Assembly: GCF_018350175.1 (NCBI RefSeq)
Contig: NC_058368.1
Span: 10,912,001-10,976,000 of the forward strand
Direction of reading: 5' to 3'
DNA length: 64,000 nt
Source: Felis catus
Lineage: Eukaryota
Positions 13,198-25,671 of the stretch are shown here, in pieces. Below the pieces are notes generated by a model. That model did no database searches. It was not told the DNA's origin and saw only the letters and a list, made by a program, of their open reading frames with translations. Position numbers and translations under genes: made by a program. The first letter of the stretch is position 1. Every line of letters begins with the position of its first letter.

Positions 13198-13502
13198 CAA
13201 CACTATCCAATCTAAATATAAGCTTTAAATGAAATTTAAAACTTTCTAGGAGTCACATTAAAAAATTTAAAACAAAAGAGGTGAAATTAATTTTAATAAT
13301 ATGCCTTACTCAACCCAATATATCCAAAATATTATTATTTCAACATGTAATAAATATTTAAAAATTATTGTTATTTTAGTTTTCCTATTGTCTTTGAAAC
13401 CTATGTGTGTGTTATGCATACAGCACATCCTGATTTGGACTAGCCATATTTCAAATGCTAAATAACCATGTATGCCTGGTGACTACCACCTTGGACATTG
13501 CG
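13198..13502. mobile_element. MER33-like hAT-Charlie DNA transposon
   Basis: GGTGAAATTAATTTTAATAATAT...ACCCAATATATCCAAAATATT...TTGGACTAGCCATATTTCAA...TTGGACA. Confidence 0.75.
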
Positions 13503-13537
13503 ATATAGATAAGTGGTAATTAAGAGGAGGGAGCTTA

Positions 13538-13770
13538 GGGGCACCTGGGAGGCTCAGTCGGTTGAGCGTCTGACTTCAGGTTATGACTTCAGGCTCAGGT
13601 TATGATCCCACAGTTCATGGGTTCGAGTCCCACGTCAGGCTCTGTGCTGACAGCTTGCTCAGAGCCTGGAGCCTGTTTTGTATTCTGTGTCTCCTTCTCT
13701 CTCTGACCCTCCCCTGCTCATGCTCTGTCTCTCAAAAATAAATAAATGTAAAAAAAAAAAAAAAAAAAAA
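13538..13770 (+). mobile_element. Can-SINE with a small internal duplication in the head
   Basis: GACTTCAGGTTATGACTTCAGGCTCAGGTTATG; long poly-A. Confidence 0.95.
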
Positions 13771-13943
13771 GAGGCAGCTTGGCTTCGGATGGTTTGAGAG
13801 TTGGAGCCAGCATAATACAATGAGAAAAACTCCAGTATCCCTGATTAAGTAAGAATCCTTAGAAAAATTGCCTTAAATGTCTCTAAGTCTCTTTGCATGT
13901 TTGTCAAGTAGAGACAATATTATTCCGTGGGGTTAGAGATCAG

Positions 13944-14128
13944 ATTTTTTTAATGTTTATTTTTGAGAGAGTGCAAGCAGGGGAAGGGCAGAGAAAGGGG
14001 GACAGATGATCCAAAGCGGGTTCTGTGCAAACAGTGGCCAGCCCCACGCAGGGCTCAAACTCACAAACTGAGATCACGACCTGAGCCAAAGTCAGACGCT
14101 GAACCAACTGAGCCACCCAGCTGCCCCC
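13944..14128 (-). mobile_element. Can-SINE inserted in a MIR remnant
   Basis: TTTTAATGTTTATTTTTGAGAG...GAGCCACCCAGCTGCCCC. Confidence 0.9.
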
Positions 14129-14244
14129 TGGGCATTACAGATAAGGTTAATTAAGATGAGGTGGGTAACTCTTTGGCCACACTGTAGGTATTCATCAGAT
14201 CTCACCTTGAATCCTTTAGAGGGAATATATCCTGTGAATTTATT

Positions 14245-15155
14245 AATTCAACAATACATATTTATTAATTGGCTGCTGTTACACATCAGTGAATAAAACA
14301 ATCACACCTAGAAAGTGGAGGAAAACTGACAATAAAGAAATAAAGCATGTTGTCGTATGTTGGAAATGCCAAGTGCTATAGGAAAAATAAAACCAAGCAA
14401 AGTAAGAGAGACCAGATATAAAGAGGATCTAGCATACTTTTAAATAAAGTGGTCAGACTAATTGAGGAGAACACATTTGGGCAAAGACTTAAATGGTGTG
14501 GCAGAGGTGACCATTAGATTTTTGAAGGACTAGCATGCAGGCAGGGTGTCAAGCTGGGACAAACACCCTGAGGTAGGTTATGTCTCGTGTGTTTGAGGAA
14601 CAACAGAGAGAACAGTATGGCTGGAGAGCTGGGAGTGAGGGTAGAGTGGTGGGAGATAAAGTCAGAAAGGCCCCCGATGGGGTGGGTCCTTGTAAGCCAT
14701 TGGTAGAATTCAGGTGTTCACTTGGACTTGAGATAGAAGTTGCTGCAAGATTTCAAGCAGGGACGGACATGTTCTTACTTCTGCTTTAAAAGCATCATGC
14801 TGACATCTGGGTTGAGAGTGAGGTTGAGGGCAAGAGACACTAGGAGTAAGAGAAAAAACAGAGAAAGGTCAGAGCTACTACGATAATGGTGGAGAGATGG
14901 TGCTAGCTTGGACCAGGAGGTAGAGTGAAAGTGTTGAGAAGTGATGAATCTCTAGATCTGTACCGAAGGCAGAAACAACACTGCTTCCCAATCAGTCAGA
15001 TGAGTGTGGAAGAGGGAGAAGGATCAAGGACGAAACCAGCACTTGTACAATAAGAAGCTATGTGTCTATCATTAACTTAAATGAGAGGACTGAAGATGGA
15101 ACAGATTGGGGGAACAGCAGGAGTTGCATTTTTGACATAGTGAGTCTGAGATGTG
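14245..15155 (-). mobile_element. L2 remnant
   Basis: TTCAACAA..ATTTATT terminus, GTGCTATAGGAAAAATAAA, TTTTGACATAGTGAGTCTGAGATG. Confidence 0.65.
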
Positions 15156-15329
15156 CCCCTATTCCCGTGTGGCTCCCAGAACAAAAGCCACAGGTGAGAA
15201 TTTGTAAGGTATCGCTCTGGGGGAACCACTATGCCACTGAAAGGAAAGCACTCGGGGGTCCAGTAGGGCGAGTCTCCCATCAAAATGTCCACTCACTTCA
15301 CTGAGAAGCTCCCCAATACAAAGGCATCT

Positions 15330-15660
15330 GTCAGTTTTGAAGCACTTTTTCTTTCCATTTTAACAACTTTGAAATTTAGATGCATCTTAGAAGAGTACGC
15401 ATTGTACAATCACCATTGAGGTGGACGTCACTTCCCGTGCACGTGCAAAGCAAATTTTTTTGCCCCGATAACAGGACTAACTCCGTATCTGCAACACCTC
15501 ATTGCATATTGATGTAACTAAAAATTATGACCTAATTATAATGTGAGACCTGAATCCTTGTGCTTTGTTAAAGTTGGAAGTCGGTAACAATATCCAATAC
15601 CAAAAACCATCAAAAAGCAGTAGAAACTATTTTCATCATAAACCATGTGGAATCATATAT
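15330..15660. mobile_element. TcMar-Tc2 (Kanga/MER104-like) fragment
   Basis: CATTTTAACAACTTTGAAATTTAGATGCATCTTA resembles the terminal region of this family. Confidence 0.4.
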
Positions 15661-17929
15661 TTTTCTATAGAGTGTCTATAAATAAAAATAGGTTATAAAA
15701 AAAATAGGATGTGATATCACACGGTAACATGCTAATGCTCTGAGTCTTTCCAGAGACCTGTTCTTCCAAAAACCATCTTCCACACCACCACTAGAAGAAT
15801 TTCCTGAATTCCTTACATTTTGAGTATTTCCAGAGATCCGCTTTGAAAATTTTGTCGCGAAGTTTTCACATCTTTTGAGTAACGCAGCAAAGCCAGTATG
15901 CAAAGCACGGGGCTGTCATGGGAACTAGAGCCTCAAAGAAAAAGAGAAACTCCAAGAATCCAGGACACCCAACAGGAAGTGAACAAATATGCCGCTAGAT
16001 TCCCTCTGGGAAGCAGGTGGGCCAGACAATACTATAATTATTCCTGACATGAAGAAAGATTCCATTAGGTGTACCAGCTGAGAGGTTCTTGCCAACTTCC
16101 GATGGCTGTTGGTAGCCCTGTGTGCACACAGCCCCTGTGGATTCCTCTGGGTCTAAGTAGAGTTGACCATCCCTCTGCAAGTAACCAAAACTCGTTGTTC
16201 GTTGTTCACAGCTCAGATGGAACTGTGTCCAGGGCAGGGATTCATATGTTTTTTGTTTTGTTTTGTTTTTTTTAAATAGCCAGAATAACACAAGGTGGGG
16301 AAGATAGGTTTCTAGTCCTATTGTTCTATAGATCGGAAAACTGTGCTAGTTCACAATGAGATATACTCTTTTCAAAAGGAGAAATTGGACGCTAACGTAG
16401 CCCAAGAAGTCGATCTGATGTTAAGTCAAGGGAAGGACGTGCATTTAAAGTAAAAGCGTAATCTAAGTTCAATGATGAAAATAAAAAGTTCAAGCTGCTG
16501 ATGTCATTAAAGAGGAAAATGTGTACACAAAGAGGCAAATTAAAAAAAGAGAGACAAATGTGTTTTTGTTTCATCAATTATCCCAAAAGGCAAGATGATC
16601 TGGAAAGCAAACCTTAAAAGATGTCATCAGTTATGTGTCCCTCAGGAAAGAATGCACAGGGATGACTGTTTCCAACTCCGTAATATCTTTTCCATAAGAA
16701 TAACAACGCAACCACAAATCTTTAGCATGTGCATAAATGAATAAATAAAGGAATGGGTAAATACAGAACTACTCAATAAAGCAGGAGAAGTTAGAAAAAT
16801 GAGAAAATATGAGGAAAAACTCAAGGGCATACTGTGTTGATACAGTAGCGGGGAAAAAACAAAAACAAAAACAAAAACAAACTAAATCCCCTGGTCTCAG
16901 AAGACTGTATCTTACAGGATCAGGGGAAAAACAAACCCCAAAGCAGCAAACCAAAAGCCCAGAGCTTCTAGACCATGTTAATAGCAAAGATGATTTGACA
17001 TTTTTGTTTTGTTTTGTTTGTTCTCTTTTTGACAGAAATGGGATGCATATTATTACTGCCGGTGTCCCTCCGGTGGAGGAAACTTCATAAACGAACATCC
17101 TTTCTCATAGAACCAATTAATTTGGAGGTAGCTGTAGTGTAAGAATTTACCGCCAAATGTCATCCTTTAAATATCAAACCATCCTGGAGTCTTTTTTTTT
17201 TTTTTAACCTAGCTATCCCCCCCAAGTGGGAAATAATTGAATTGGGGGAAATGGCTGAAGAACAAGAGGCTTCTCTACCACTTTGGAGGGGGTGAAAAAT
17301 GTAAGGCTGAGTTCATTTTTCAGCCTGTGAAAAGAGCTGACTGCAATGACCACGTTCCAGAGTGTCACCTAGTGGCCTTGGGGGACGGGCTCCAGAACTG
17401 AGGCAAATACTGGAAAGATGTTCAGTTGGCTTCGGAAGCCTGCCATTCTGGAAAGCAGCCATCCCTTCCGGCTGGGGGAGGGGTGGAACAGGATTAATAG
17501 CTAACCTCAGAGCTCTGTGGGGAGGCCCAAACTCTCAAACTGCTCCTACACCATGTGTTTCCCAGGAGTGACCTCCCTTATTTTTGTAAGTCTAAAACCA
17601 AAGCTTTGCAATCGGGTTTCCACGTATCTGATGTGAAACCCCTCAGTCTGGTATCTTTGAGATTTCTGAGAACCAGACAGAGAAGATATCAGACAAATAA
17701 ATATGTGGTTTTACGCAGGCATCATTTCCAAGTTGGACGGAAAAGACGTACACGAATAGCCTCATTCTCACGTCACACTCTCACTGTGTCTCCTATATTG
17801 GTCTGCCATTTGATTGCAAGGTCACGGGCCTCACGGACACAAAAATGCCATTTACTTCAGAAACACCGTCCTTTGTTTCCAGGATCATTGCAACTGACTT
17901 ACCGGCCTGCAGCCTAGACCCCTCAGAAT

Positions 17930-18455
17930 TTAACCCCTCACTGCCACTTGACCACCTCCTAAAGCATAAAAAAGTGATTGTGTTGTTCCCTTCCTCAAAT
18001 TCTTTATGGAATTCTCTTTGCCCTCCACACAAAGTTCAAATTCCTTAAGCGACACGCAGGGGCCCTCAAGACTCAACCCTGCTCAGCTCCCAGGTAGAAT
18101 CAACCATTCTTACTTGCCTTCCAAGTTCTGCCAGACAGATCCCTACCGGGCACGCCTGGGCCCCGACTCAGGTTTCTTCCGCTGCTGTAACACAATTCTC
18201 CACCCCCTCTTTACCTGTGTTGTTCCGGATCATCCTTTGTCCTTCCCCAACCTCAAGCTTAGGTTAGGGGCCTCTCCCCTCACTCCCCTGGAGTGTTCTG
18301 TATGATCCATGTTGTAATGGTTATACCCTGTTTGACCATTACTCCTCCAGTAAATTATTAAGCTGGAGTGCCTTATATCTCTATATCCCAGTGTCTGGAA
18401 AAGTGCCAGAGACATAGTTAATCTTGGGAAAATTTAAATGAAAGAAGCCATGAAT
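17930..18455 (+). mobile_element. L2 3' remnant
   Basis: Pyrimidine-rich body ending TATATCCCAGTGTCTGGAAAAGTGCCAGAGACATAG. Confidence 0.55.
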
Positions 18456-21316
18456 AATTAAATCAATGGTCTGTTTTCTGTCTCCTAGCACATCCAGACA
18501 ATCAACTTAGTTCTAAATATACATGTGACATAGTGCTTAGTGGGACTTACCTGTGGCTATTAAACCATAGAACCAGACAAAGATGAAGGTCACATTAAAG
18601 ACAACCCATAGCAATAGAAGCCAGAAATTCCCACTGCAGGTCCTATGACAACTACCTACTCCCAGCACCACCCCTTAAGTCTCCTCTGAGGTCTCCTGGG
18701 AGAGGGGAGAGAAGAGGACATCATGAGCCTTATGGACACTGTGATGTTCATGTGGGATTTATTCCCCATTCCCTCCAAAATCAAGTGAAGGAGGAGAGTC
18801 CAAGAGACCTATGTGCATCTACGAAAAGTGGCAGCAATCAAGGAAGCTTGACTCTCGTTCAGCTGGGTACTGGCTGAGTGGGGTGAAGGGAGCCTTGGGA
18901 AAGCCTGGAGTGTCCTCTGGGGTAGGAATGTAAAAAACATGGAAACTTGTGCTTGCTACTCAGATGGCTATTCTTAAAACACAGGCTTGATGGTGAAGCC
19001 CATATTAGTAGGCAAAAAAGGGCTACAGCACAATGTGCCTGGAAAGAAAAGGACAGGAAAGGACACCCTCACTCCAGTTTCTCACGTCCTTTGGCCCCGT
19101 GAAAGAGCCTGGAATAGGGGACAAGCTGCAGGAAGCCTGGAGTGGCCAGGATGACCACCAGGCCAGGAGAAAAATGCCCTGCTGGGCAGGACAATTGAAT
19201 ATCTCTGTCTAAAGGGATCCTCAGTAACAGAGAGAGCAGAGAGATACTCACATTATGTGCTCTGTCTATAGAGACCACCGTATCAGCAGAGGATAAGCAA
19301 GAGTAGACAGAACCTGGGTCAGGCGAGCAACACTCCCCACCACATGTATACAACCAGTGACATGCGATGTTCCTTACCTTCTCCATGTTTCCCTCCTGCC
19401 TCCCTCCAAGTTAGAAGGAGCTAGGCCTGAGAGAAACCCTTTGCACAGATAGACCAAGCTTCCCCATTAGCTCTTTCAATTCTAAGCAGACAGGTTCATG
19501 GTTCAAGCCTGTCCTGGGATGTCGGAGCCAGAAGAGGCTCAGTTTCCCTCACTCTTTTGGAAAAGCCCCATGTCTCAAAGGCCTGACATGACAGGTTACT
19601 TCTCACTCATGCTATATTTGCAAAGCACAGCGGCAGAGGGCTGAGCTGAGGGATGCTTCACCTGGACATGGGCTTCCTCCGCCAGCATAGGAAGGAAGGG
19701 CATGCAGAAAATGATACACCTCTGCCAAGATGTGGTATATGTTATATTTGCTTGACTTTTGTTCGCCAAACACAAGTCATATGGCCACCATAACTTGAAA
19801 GGCTGTGGGGAGTGCTTGCCTGCCATTTTCTCATTTAAAGCACTAGAAGATTCTTAAACAGTCCTAATAATTTACCACATTGGGAATGGAGGAAAAGACC
19901 ATCAAGATGAAACTCAAATTCAATTTAAGCACGAAATATTGAACTAGAGTAGGTTATAATGACTGAAAGTGATCAGAATGATCTAGAATCTGCCAGAGGT
20001 ACAGTCAAGGGATCCCAACAGATGACTCAGAAGAGCATACCTGGAAGTCATGTTTAGAGAAGAAAAGTGTTTCACACTTAGACCCTCTCGGCAGAGGTGC
20101 TTCTTTAAATTGGCTACATATATATTCTCACCTTCTGTCCAGAAGAATGTTCTAGAACAAAACTCTACAGAAATGCTGAATAAATTCCACCTCAAATGCT
20201 TTGTTGGACAGTTTCTTCCTCTGCCTAATGTTTATCCTGCTTATACCTGACCAGGCCTGTTGAGGTTAAGGAATATGTGACAGCAGTATAGAAAAAAGTT
20301 GACAGGAGACATTTAGTTCCGAAATTTCTTCTGAAGAAAAGGATCTTCCGGTAAAAAGATTATATTGACATGTGGAATAATTATTTAAAAATCAGCCTTG
20401 AAGTCCTAAATCAGGACATCAAAATTCTCAAATATTTAAGGAAATTATCTCACTTTAGAAAATTCCTACTTGGAATTATTTTCACTACATTGAGAACACA
20501 AAATTCATTTCAATTCCTTTGAGTTTCAGTTGAAGAAAGTCATGTATTGTGATAAATTAATTCAAATATGGACTCCTTCCAAATAATGAAGAAATTCGTA
20601 GCTTAGATGTTACTTCACTTTTCCCAGTGAAAAACACCACCTGATTCTTGGAGAGGCTCCCAACGCCAACCTTGATAGATATTGGTGATTTCCATTTGCT
20701 GAAATTGTTTGCTTTTGCTTTATTTCCTATAAAATACTGGCAAGGAAAGAATTTTTAGTGTCATGGATGATTTAAGGAAATAATAATTTGATACATTTAG
20801 TGTTGAATTAATGAGTAATTTTTATTTTCACTTGTTCAGAGTAAAGAAGGGAGATTAAAAAAAAGTTGTCTAATAAAATGTGATATACAGTTTTATTTTA
20901 GATCTTACAGCAAATGTTTGGAGGCCGTAAATTTTTACCTTGCGTGTCTAGTATTTTTGTTGAACTACTAACAGCTCTATTAGCAGATGGAAACTTTCAG
21001 TTTGTCAAACCTGTGAATCTACAGAGAATTTTTCATATTTATATGAAACAGAAACACAGCGGGCTTTGTGACTATCTTGAGTGGACTCTATAAATATATT
21101 CATGGAAGATAAACTCTGGTTCATACTGGATGGTACGTCTGCCATTAATGTCTGAATTTTCCTACTTGTAGCCTTCTAAAGATATTTTATTGTGTCTGAA
21201 GAAAACCTCATAGTTCGTACAACTCCCAAGATAACTAACTTCGGGAAAGATCTAGAGGGTGGGGTGAAAATATGCTTTCCATTATATCTGTTGCAATATG
21301 GAGAATAAGTTACACA

Positions 21317-22355
21317 CATGTATACCTCATTTTATTGTGTTTTGCTGTATCGTACCTTTAAAAAAAACAGAGCAGATATTCTTGCTGTTGTTGTTGTTTT
21401 CTTGCAAATTGAAGGTTTGTCGCAACCGTGCACTGAGCAAGTCTATCCGCGCCATTTTCTAACACATATGCTCACTTCTTGTCTGTGTGCTATGTTTTGT
21501 TGCTTGTCACAATATTTCAACCTTTTTCATTACTACTGGATTTGTGATGATCTGTGATCAGTGATCTTTGATGTTTCTATCATGATTGTTTTGGGTGCCA
21601 CAAACCGTACCCGTGTAAGATGGTAAACTTGACTGATCAACGTTGTGTGTGTTCAGACTGCTATATCCGCCAGCCATTCCCTGTCCCTCTGCCTCTCCTC
21701 GGGCCTCCCTGTTCCCAAAGACACGATAATATTGAAATTAGGCCAATTAGTCAGTGGCCTACAGTGGCCTCTAAGTGTTAAAGCGAAAGGAAGAGTCGCA
21801 TATGTTTCACTTTAAATGAAAAACTGGAAATGAGCAAGCCTAGCGAAGAAAGGGCGTCAAAAGTGAAGGCAGGCCGAAAGCTAGGCCTCTCGTGCCAAGG
21901 AGCCAAGTTGTGAAGGCGAAAGACAAGTTCTTCAGGGCAATTAAAAGCGCTACTCCGGGGAACACATCAATGATGAGAAAGGGAAACAGCCTTACTGGCG
22001 ATTCACAGAAAGCTTGAGAGGCCTGGACAGAAGATCAAACCAGCCAGGACATTCCCTGAAGCCAAAGCCTAATCCAGAGCGAGGCCTTAACTCTCCCCAG
22101 TTCTGTGAAGGCTGGGAGAGGTAAGGAAGCTGCAGAAAAGTTTGAAGCTGGCACAGGTAGGTTCATGAGGTTTAAGGAAAGAAGCCGTCTCCAGAACATA
22201 CAGGTACAAGGTGAAGCAGCAGGTGTTAAGCAGGAGATGCAGCAAGTTCTCTAGAAGGTCTCACTGACATAATTCATCAACAGATTTTCAGTGTAAATGA
22301 AATAGCCTTCTATTGGAAGAAGATGCCACTAAGGACTTCCATAGCTAGGGAGGAG
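21317..22355 (+). mobile_element. Tigger1 DNA transposon, 5' ~1 kb with decayed transposase
   Basis: ATACCTCATTTTATTG left end; GATCTGTGATCAGTGATCTTTGATG; peptide ERKSRICFTLNEKLEM...GRKLGL; TTCTATTGGAAGAAGATGCC. Confidence 0.92.
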
Positions 22356-23559
22356 TGAGTACAGGTAAAACACTTATAACGATGCCTGGCGAATAAGAAC
22401 CGGTCGTTTTTATCGTTGTCACTGTTTTTCTCCCTTTTCTCTCACTAGTTTCCTCTTACTCTTTCCCTGCGCCTCCTGCTTGGTACAGTAGTTGATACAC
22501 AGATGATAAATAATGTCTCGTTACATGAAAATGCGGTAGTATTTCAGAAGAGAAAAAGGCCGTGAGACTGGGGGAAGGTCCAGGAAGTTTTATGGAGGAG
22601 GTGGGGCTTGTTTTGGGTTTATAGGCAGATAAAACCTAAATATGTGATAGAAAACACATTAGTATTTTTATAGGTGAAAAAAGAGAGATTATGTATTATA
22701 CGTATACTCCTGGGTTATACATTACAGATTTATTCTTAGATTTAACAAATCCTACATTACTATAATTTCTTCCTTTTCTAGACAATTAGTGGCAAAAATC
22801 TGTTCAAAATACATTACAAAATGTAGCTTTATCTCGCACTTGTATCTCTTATGTTTGCCGTAAATTCCAATTTACATAATCCAAAATCAAACTGAATTCG
22901 TGTTCATTACGAGACATGGAGAAAAATCAAACCGAATGGCCTTAGGGATACTGTTCAGCTGTGTTATAAGAAATGACCCACAATAATGTCACAGAGAACT
23001 TTTATTTACCTAAATTTTATTTTTGCTAAGTGAGTCCAATTACAACTGTTTCTCTTTGTAGCTTGGGACTTTCTTCTTTATGGGCTCCAGGCAAAACCTC
23101 TGTTTGATCTGCCAGGAGTGAAACTCCTTCCCCAGCTGTCAAAGATACACTTGACTTATTAGTATATTTTTCACTTATCTTCACTACCAGCCCTAGAGTA
23201 TCTTGATTTCTTTGTTCTCCAAATGTCTGCCATTGCCAGTGGGGCTATTTTAAGCATATTGTAGCATAATTAACATTGAATGTTCTTCAGAAAGTAAAGG
23301 GAGTATTTGTTTCTTTTTTTAACTCTGCAGTTGTAGCCCTTCCCACAGTATGTTACAACATCCAAAGGAAAGTCAAAAAGTACAGGCGCTGGCTGAACAT
23401 TTGATACCCTTATGATGCTGGTGTCCAGACCCTCCAGCCTTTCAACACATCACCTGAAATTCGCACCATCACACGTGACCCCTTGCTTTTCTTTGTTATT
23501 GTTCTCTGAGGAACCCACCCCACTCCCACTATTTCAGGAAGGGATGACTTCATCAACTA

Positions 23560-24110
23560 AGCTTTCTTTACTTCCCCACCACTACTCCTGTCCTCATTCT
23601 TGACAACTTCAGCATCCATGTAGACAACTGATTCAGCACCCTGATCCCTCAAATCCTTGGGCTCTCTGCTTCCAAAGATCTGTACTTCCTCCAACTCAGC
23701 AGCTATTCTGGAATCTTTAAAACACGCTCTCCCTGAGAACTACACCTCTTCCTTCCAGCTCACCTACCCCTAGTGCTACTCCAGAAATCCCGACCTACCG
23801 AAGCGTCCACCTGACCATTTCCTACTGCCACTCTTCCCGTTGTGCTTGTGTCCCTTCTTGCTCAGCATAAATTCCACAGCCCACGATTCTAAACCCTCTC
23901 ATTCCTCCCTTTCTCATTTAATTGGCCTTGGAAAGCTGAAACTCTATGCCAGCCCTATTACCCACCCGCAAGCCCCACTAACCACCTGCTCCCTGCCTGC
24001 ACTCAAGAAGCTCCACGATGCCACAGCAAATACACAATCAAGCCGACGCACTTCTCCTCAAGATCAAAGTGACAATCTCAAATGAGCACATTTTTAATGT
24101 GTGCTTGTCC
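23560..24110 (+). mobile_element. L2 internal remnant
   Basis: ATTCTTGACAACTTCAGCATCCATGTAGA; pyrimidine-rich. Confidence 0.5.
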
Positions 24111-24158
24111 ACTCTCCAAAAAAGTAATTTGCTGTCTGCTTTCTGTTCAACTCTGCCC

Positions 24159-24159
<1 letters not shown>

Positions 24160-24194
<35 letters not shown>
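24160..24194. repeat. (CA)n microsatellite
   Basis: Direct reading. Confidence 0.95.
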
Positions 24195-24197
<3 letters not shown>

Positions 24198-24470
24198 CAG
24201 TCTCTCTTCTGATCTCTCTTCTGAAAGCAAAGCAGTCTTTCACCAGTGATATGGTTTCATATGTTACTAAAAGAAACAGACACAATCAGATAGGTACAGA
24301 ATTTGATTCACTTTACCTGGACTAACCTAGGTTAAGAACTTTGCTGTTGGGTATAACGACGGATCAAGACAGATATGTGTTGTTGTTGTTGTTTTTAAGT
24401 ATAATTACATTTTTGTTCAGTTGAGTTTGTGGATTGAGAACATTATATCTTCAATAAAAGCAGGTCACTT

Positions 24471-25170
24471 CACTTGTTGTGATGAGCACTGGGTGTGAAT
24501 CACTAAAACTTGTTGTGATGAGCACTGATGAATAACTAAATTCTACACCTGAAGCTAATATTACACCGTATGTTAACCAACTGGAATTTATTATGGTTTT
24601 TCTTCATAGATATTCGTCTTTACTTTTTTGTTATACCTTTTCAAAACAGAGCCATTCAACAGTAGTTAGAATGGCCATCTCCCAACATTTAAAAAAAAAA
24701 ACCCCTGCACCTCCCAATGGGTGAACAAAGTAGAGTAGTAATCTCGAGTTGAGCTGAGTAAGCCTCTGCGGAGCCTTAAGTGGTGAGGTTTTCCAATTTC
24801 AGAGTGATGTGTCTTCAACTTGTATCATCATGTCAGTGGAAAAAACATAATTTAATTTTGGTGAAATGAGATTCATCTTCCGACAGGATTAACGACATTC
24901 ACTGAATGCCATATTCTTCTTTGGGGAACCGTGAAGGAAATGAATGGTAGCTAGAAGATCAACGGTATTCCAACTCCAGCTGCAGATGGAATGAAGATAT
25001 TCCAGGACAAAAACATCTACATTTTGATTTAAAAAGCTAACAGCAGTTTTAAGTCGGCAACTTAATCACAGACCAACTACACCACAAACTTTTCAAACGG
25101 CAAACATGCAAAAAACTTAAGTGTTAACAAACATATTTAACTGAAATTTAAATTAAAATTTGGAGGAAAC
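24471..25170 (+). mobile_element. Short carnivore L1 3' tail hosting the retrocopy
   Basis: Same family as 24-393; 15-bp TSD AAAAGCAGG(T/C)CACTT at 24456-24470 and 25171-25185. Confidence 0.85.
24590..25138 (-). pseudogene. HNRNPA3: 5'-truncated retrocopy of an mRNA 3'UTR end, probably the HNRNPA3 distal 3'UTR
   Basis: The minus strand reads ...ATGATGATACAAGTTGAAGACACATCACTCTGAAATTGGAAAACCTCACCACTTAAGGCTCC...GGGAGATGGCCATTCTAACTACTGTTGAATG..., which I recall as the HNRNPA3 3'UTR. It ends in a decayed A-tail and is flanked by TSD AACTGGAATTT (24579-24589) / AACTGAAATTT (25139-25149). Retrocopy status is well supported; the parent gene is from memory. Confidence 0.72.
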
Positions 25171-25224
25171 AAAAGCAGGCCACTTAAGAGAATCTTTTAC
25201 ATCTTCATCAAAACATATTTTTGA

Positions 25225-25453
25225 GGGGCGTCTGGGTGACTCAGTCATTTAGGCATCCGACTCTTGATTTCGGTCGTCTCAGATCACGATCTCACGGTTC
25301 CTGAGTTTGAGCCCCACCCTGGCTCCATGCTGACCATGCAGAACCTGCTTGGGAGTCTCTCTCCCTCTCTCTGTCTCTCCCCTGCTTGTGCACTCACTCT
25401 CTCTCTCTTTCTCTCTCTCTCAAAATAAATAAACTTTAAAAAATGTATAAATA
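25225..25453 (+). mobile_element. Can-SINE (older)
   Basis: Head, (CT)n, tail. Confidence 0.93.
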
Positions 25454-25671
25454 GGGGCGCCTGGGTGGCGCAGTCAGTTAAGCGTCCGACTTCAGCTAGG
25501 TCATGATCTCGCGGTCCGTGAGTTCGAGCCCCGCGTCGGGCTCTGGGCTGATGGCTTGGAGCCTGGAGCCTGTTTCCGATTCTGTGTCTCCCTCTCTCTC
25601 TGCCCCTCCCCTGTTCATGCTCTGTCTCTCTCTGTCCCAAAAATAAATAAAAACGTTGAAAAAAAAATTAA
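25454..25671 (+). mobile_element. Young SINEC_Fc inserted in the tail of the preceding SINE
   Basis: Near-identical to 131-355; TSD AAAAAATGTATAAATA at 25438-25453 and 25672-25687. Confidence 0.97.

Noticed and set aside
18640..19830. Possible old LTR fragments (also about 900-1060 and 43210-43660)
   Set aside because: The composition is suggestive, but I could not identify termini or family with confidence.
25454..25530. tRNA-like A/B-box sequences
   Set aside because: These are tRNA-derived SINE heads followed by (CT)n and A-tails, not tRNA genes.
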